Shown: piece by piece, positions 17,282-20,000 of the stretch
Layout of the letters: each line of letters starts with the position of its first letter
How positions within the stretch are numbered: the first letter of the stretch is position 1
NCBI GenBank assembly: GCA_023150835.1
Contig: JAKLKB010000022.1
Location: 47,388-67,387 of the forward strand
Source: Myxococcota bacterium
GTDB lineage: Bacteria > Myxococcota_C > UBA6777
Length of the DNA stretch: 20,000 bases
Direction: 5' to 3'
Made by a program: the position numbers and the translations under genes
Notes under the pieces: model-generated
The model's input: the letters and a program-made list of their open reading frames with translations, nothing else
Databases searched by the model: none
Told to the model about the DNA's origin: nothing

Positions 17282-17377
17282 GCGTGATCGTAAAGAAGTC
17301 GGGGCAGACAGGTGTGGCTGCCCAACAATCGGGCATCTGCGTACTCTCGTTTGCTGTGTACATCACTCGGATATCGT
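17282..17377 (+). repeat. REP-like repeat family A, copy 3
   Basis: GCGTGATCGTAAAGAAGTCGGGGCAGACAGGTGTGGCTGCCCAACAATCGGGCATCTGCGTA...ACATCACTCGGATATCGT matches 774-835 (direct) and 14195-14279 (inverted). Confidence 0.85.
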
Positions 17378-17410
17378 CTCATCGTTCTGACTTGTTGGAA
17401 CGTGTTTTTT

Positions 17411-17529
17411 GGGACGCTGCCCCAAACCCCGCAAGGGGTCGCAACACACCACAAACCGCTGCCCTCGCTTCGTTTTAACTCTGCTCCAAAACCCGCCATA
17501 GGTCGCAACCCCTTGACTCCATGTTGGCG
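17411..17529 (+). repeat. Hairpin repeat family C (GGGACGCTGCCCCAAACCCCGCAAGGGG...CCCCTTG) interrupted by a 64-bp insertion with a 9-bp direct repeat
   Basis: CAAGGGGT (17432-17439) is the exact inverted repeat of ACCCCTTG (17508-17515). GGTCGCAAC occurs at 17437-17445 and 17501-17509. Confidence 0.65.
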
Positions 17530-17619
17530 CAACAAGCAGACGTATCTCACCCAAACCACTCCGCCGCTTGGAGTGGCGCGAACACGCGATCTCTTTGTCG
17601 CTCTTACCGCATTTTCTGA

Positions 17620-18312
17620 TCAATCGTCGCCCCAACCTTCGAGATCCACTTGCGAAGGACTCGCGGGGGGTGGAGTGTGGCCCTCTAACCAGATATCTTC
17701 TCGTGCCTCTTGCGCTGCTTTTGTCGTCTCGGTGGTTTGCGCGGCTTTCTCCCCCGACGCCGCTAGGTCGGATGACGGGGATGAAGCCGATCGGGCCGAA
17801 CCCGCTTGTACCGATAATCCTTGCGGATCGGTGGCGGTCCATTCGTCCCAGTTTTCTTGCGGGAGCATTACTGAACCCGGCAGATCCACCGAAAAAAACT
17901 GTGCGAGTTCGGTTAAAAACGTTGTCAGCGTACCATCCGAGACGACCATCGACAAAGAAGTCCCCAAGGGATCGCGTCTGGGAACGGTACAGATCGCGCT
18001 CTCCAAGCGCAACATCCCCGCGTCCGTTTCTTCGCCACGAAACAAAAGATGTCCCTCGGCAGAACGCCAAGAAAAGGCTTCGACGTTGAGTTGGCGGTGG
18101 GCTTCTTCGGGCGAACGCACAAGGCGCAACAAGCGATGAAAGTATTCGACCAAGTCCACAGGATGCGCGTGCAAGACCCACACAGTCAAATACGGCAGAC
18201 TGCCCATCTGAAACGAGACTCGAAAGCGCAAGATCGGCTCCCCTTCGGCCAATCGAAAGGCTTCCGAAAAATGGATCTCATGGTGGCTTTGCGATGACTT
18301 TAATACAACCAT
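17620..18312 (-). CDS. Hypothetical cytoplasmic protein (230 aa): globular N-terminal ~140 aa, tentatively DUF6228-like, with an acidic low-complexity tail
   Basis: ATG 18312 has GGAG 8 nt upstream. DLVEYFHRL...WRSAEGHLLF...DAGMLRL...FLTELAQFF recalls the W.S.EG.L pattern of DUF6228, from memory and unverified. Confidence 0.7.
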   Translation of the reverse strand: MVVLKSSQSHHEIHFSEAFRLAEGEPILRFRVSFQMGSLPYLTVWVLHAHPVDLVEYFHRLLRLVRSPEEAHRQLNVEAFSWRSAEGHLLFRGEETDAGMLRLESAICTVPRRDPLGTSLSMVVSDGTLTTFLTELAQFFSVDLPGSVMLPQENWDEWTATDPQGLSVQAGSARSASSPSSDLAASGEKAAQTTETTKAAQEAREDIWLEGHTPPPASPSQVDLEGWGDD

Positions 18313-18455
18313 AGCACGCGCTCCGCGCTTTCGCGCTCTTCAGATCTTTGTGGCCGAACGACGGACTGTTCCGCCTTGTAGCATGCACCCCCCAAAAAGA
18401 AAAGCACCGCCCTTTGTTTTTGTACAAAGACAGGCAACACCTGTTGAGCGAGGAC

Positions 18456-18671
18456 TGAATCGAAGACCACAGGAGCTTCTTTGGTGCCTTTCACGATCAG
18501 GCCACCTTCTCCCCCTTCTACCCGTCCCACATCCATCACGGCGTCCTCTCCAAACAACAGCTTTGTTCCGGCTTGGAGGGTCAAGACGGCTGCGGGGTCA
18601 CCGCCGACGTCCAACCCAACCACCTCCCATGGGATCGGTTGGCCTACCCACGTGGCGTTCTGGCGTATTTC
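18456..18671 (-). pseudogene. Fragment of a secreted parallel beta-helix-type domain gene
   Basis: EIRQNATWVGQPIPWEVVGLDVGGDPAAVLTLQAGTKLLFGEDAVMDVG...GGLIVKGTKEAPVVFDS fits the pattern TW...PY.V...V.....LTIEPG..L.F.......G.L.A.GT...PIVFTS. The flanking in-frame sequence is not protein-like and there is no credible start codon. Confidence 0.6.
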
Positions 18672-18716
18672 TGTTTTCTGAACACATCGTGGTGGTGCCC
18701 GTAGAGCGTACTGCTC

Positions 18717-18746
18717 TTGACATCCGACTCCCTCTCTCGGTACAGT
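18717..18746 (+). promoter_or_regulatory. Candidate sigma70 promoter for the kinase gene
   Basis: TTGACA (18717-18722), an 18-nt spacer and TACAGT (18741-18746), about 80 nt upstream of ATG 18828. Confidence 0.45.
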
Positions 18747-18827
18747 CCTCTCCTCTGGTGGACTCCGCAACCCACCGAACTCCCTGTATCTTTGTGGATG
18801 CACGAAGTCGCCAACAGGAAACCCCCC

Positions 18828-20000
18828 ATGACGAAGTTCAACCCCCAAGATCCGCAACACGTCCACAGCCCTCCGTCCGAACAAGACGACGGCGATTCCA
18901 CCATCGTCCACGGCTCCAACAAAACCTCCTCGGCTCCTTCGGGCGTCTATGCCCACAATCGCCTTGATTTCGATTTCTCCGAAGACTTCGGCCAAGACGA
19001 CGACGACGACGACGGCGGCGATGCCACCATGCTTTCAAACGCTCCCCCCGAATTCGATGCGGGCGGAGGCGCACCTCTCGAAGCGCAATGCGTTGCAGGC
19101 CGCTACGAACTGATCTCCTTGATCGGTGAAGGCGCTACGGGCAAAGTCTACCGCGCACGCGACCTCGAACTCGACGATATCATCGCCCTCAAACTCTTGC
19201 TCCCCGGGCAAATCCAAAATCCCGAGATCCTCGCTCGTTTTAAGCGCGAAGTTCGACTCTCCCGAAAAATTACACACCGCAACGTCGCTCGGGTCTTCGA
19301 TCTTGGCGAAGAAAACGGACGCTATTATCTCACGATGGAACTGATCAACGGCAAGTCCCTTGATCGTATCCTTGAACATCGCGGAACCCTCCCTCTCTTC
19401 GAAGCCTACGACCTCGCCATCCAGATCTGCGAAGGACTCTATGCCGCCCACAGCGTCGAAGTCATCCACCGCGACCTCAAACCCGAAAACATCCTCGTCG
19501 AATACAACGGACGCGCCGTCATTACAGACTTTGGCATCGCTCGACACGCCTCGGGATCTCGTGACTTTCAAACCGTCGTCGGTAGCGTCATCGGCACCCC
19601 CGCTTATATGGCCCCCGAACAGATCGCCACCAACTCCCAAATCGACGCCCGCGCTGATATCTACGCCTTCGGAGCGATCCTCTTTGAGATGGTCACAGGA
19701 CAACAGGCTTGGCAAGGCGATAACGTCTTCGCCATCATCGCCGCTCGGCTCACCAACCCACCCCCCGATCCGCGACGCTACAACCTCTCTCTCCCCACCC
19801 CTCTTGCCGAACTGATCCTCCAATGCATGGAACGCGAACCCCAACAACGCCCCCACCACATCGCAAACGTTCTTCAAACACTCCAGTCTCTTCGCAACCT
19901 CCCACAAGGCCCCCCCACCGACAACCAAGCCACCATCGCTTCTCTTGACGTTCTCTCTGTCCCCCCCCCTCGTGCTTCTTCTCATACCCCCTTCCCTTCT
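18828..20000 (+). CDS. Hanks-type serine/threonine protein kinase, 3' end outside the window (absent from the ORF track because it has no stop in the window)
   Basis: Manual translation from ATG 18828 (AGGAA 7 nt upstream; ATG 18798 is also in frame) gives an acidic leader (DDDDDD), then GRYELISLIGEGATGKVY, IALKLL, RFKREV, IHRDLKPENIL, ITDFGIA, GTPAYMAPEQ and ADIYAFG. The frame stays open to base 20000. Confidence 0.96.
   Translation, partial: MTKFNPQDPQHVHSPPSEQDDGDSTIVHGSNKTSSAPSGVYAHNRLDFDFSEDFGQDDDDDDGGDATMLSNAPPEFDAGGGAPLEAQCVAGRYELISLIGEGATGKVYRARDLELDDIIALKLLLPGQIQNPEILARFKREVRLSRKITHRNVARVFDLGEENGRYYLTMELINGKSLDRILEHRGTLPLFEAYDLAIQICEGLYAAHSVEVIHRDLKPENILVEYNGRAVITDFGIARHASGSRDFQTVVGSVIGTPAYMAPEQIATNSQIDARADIYAFGAILFEMVTGQQAWQGDNVFAIIAARLTNPPPDPRRYNLSLPTPLAELILQCMEREPQQRPHHIANVLQTLQSLRNLPQGPPTDNQATIASLDVLSVPPPRASSHTPFPS

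Noticed and set aside
18300..18995. 231-aa minus-strand ORF as a complete gene
   Set aside because: Its 5' part is antisense to the kinase start and promoter. Only 18456-18671 looks protein-like and is reported as a fragment.
19035..19985. 316-aa minus-strand ORF, and the many other long overlapping ORFs inside the large genes
   Set aside because: These are antisense or alternate-frame shadows of real genes (here the kinase) with no independent motifs.

Overview
Accessory-rich chromosomal window from a bacterium whose gene content (Cys-rich lipoproteins, Hanks kinase) looks Myxococcota-like; the taxon is an inference. From left to right it holds: (1) the 3' end of a long GlmS/SIS-like gene; (2) a REP-like repeat directly followed by a decayed iscB fragment (RuvC-III region only, deleted and frameshifted); (3) a ~12.8 kb co-oriented cluster of four predicted surface lipoproteins, interrupted by a lone queD. 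These four are a Cys-rich stalk with two 7-repeat RCC1 propellers, a collagen plus beta-roll fibre, a 23-repeat Cys-rich stalk with a 7-blade propeller, and a colinear headless paralog of that gene. Further right are a membrane protein (-), a saccharopine dehydrogenase (+), a hypothetical protein (-), a beta-helix gene fragment (-) and the 5' part of a Ser/Thr kinase (+) missing from the ORF track. The intergenic regions carry three small repeat families in mosaic arrangement. I see no CRISPR array, RNA gene, transposase or intact defence system. The best leads are the REP-linked iscB remnant, the repeat mosaics and the modular stalk-plus-head lipoprotein cluster.
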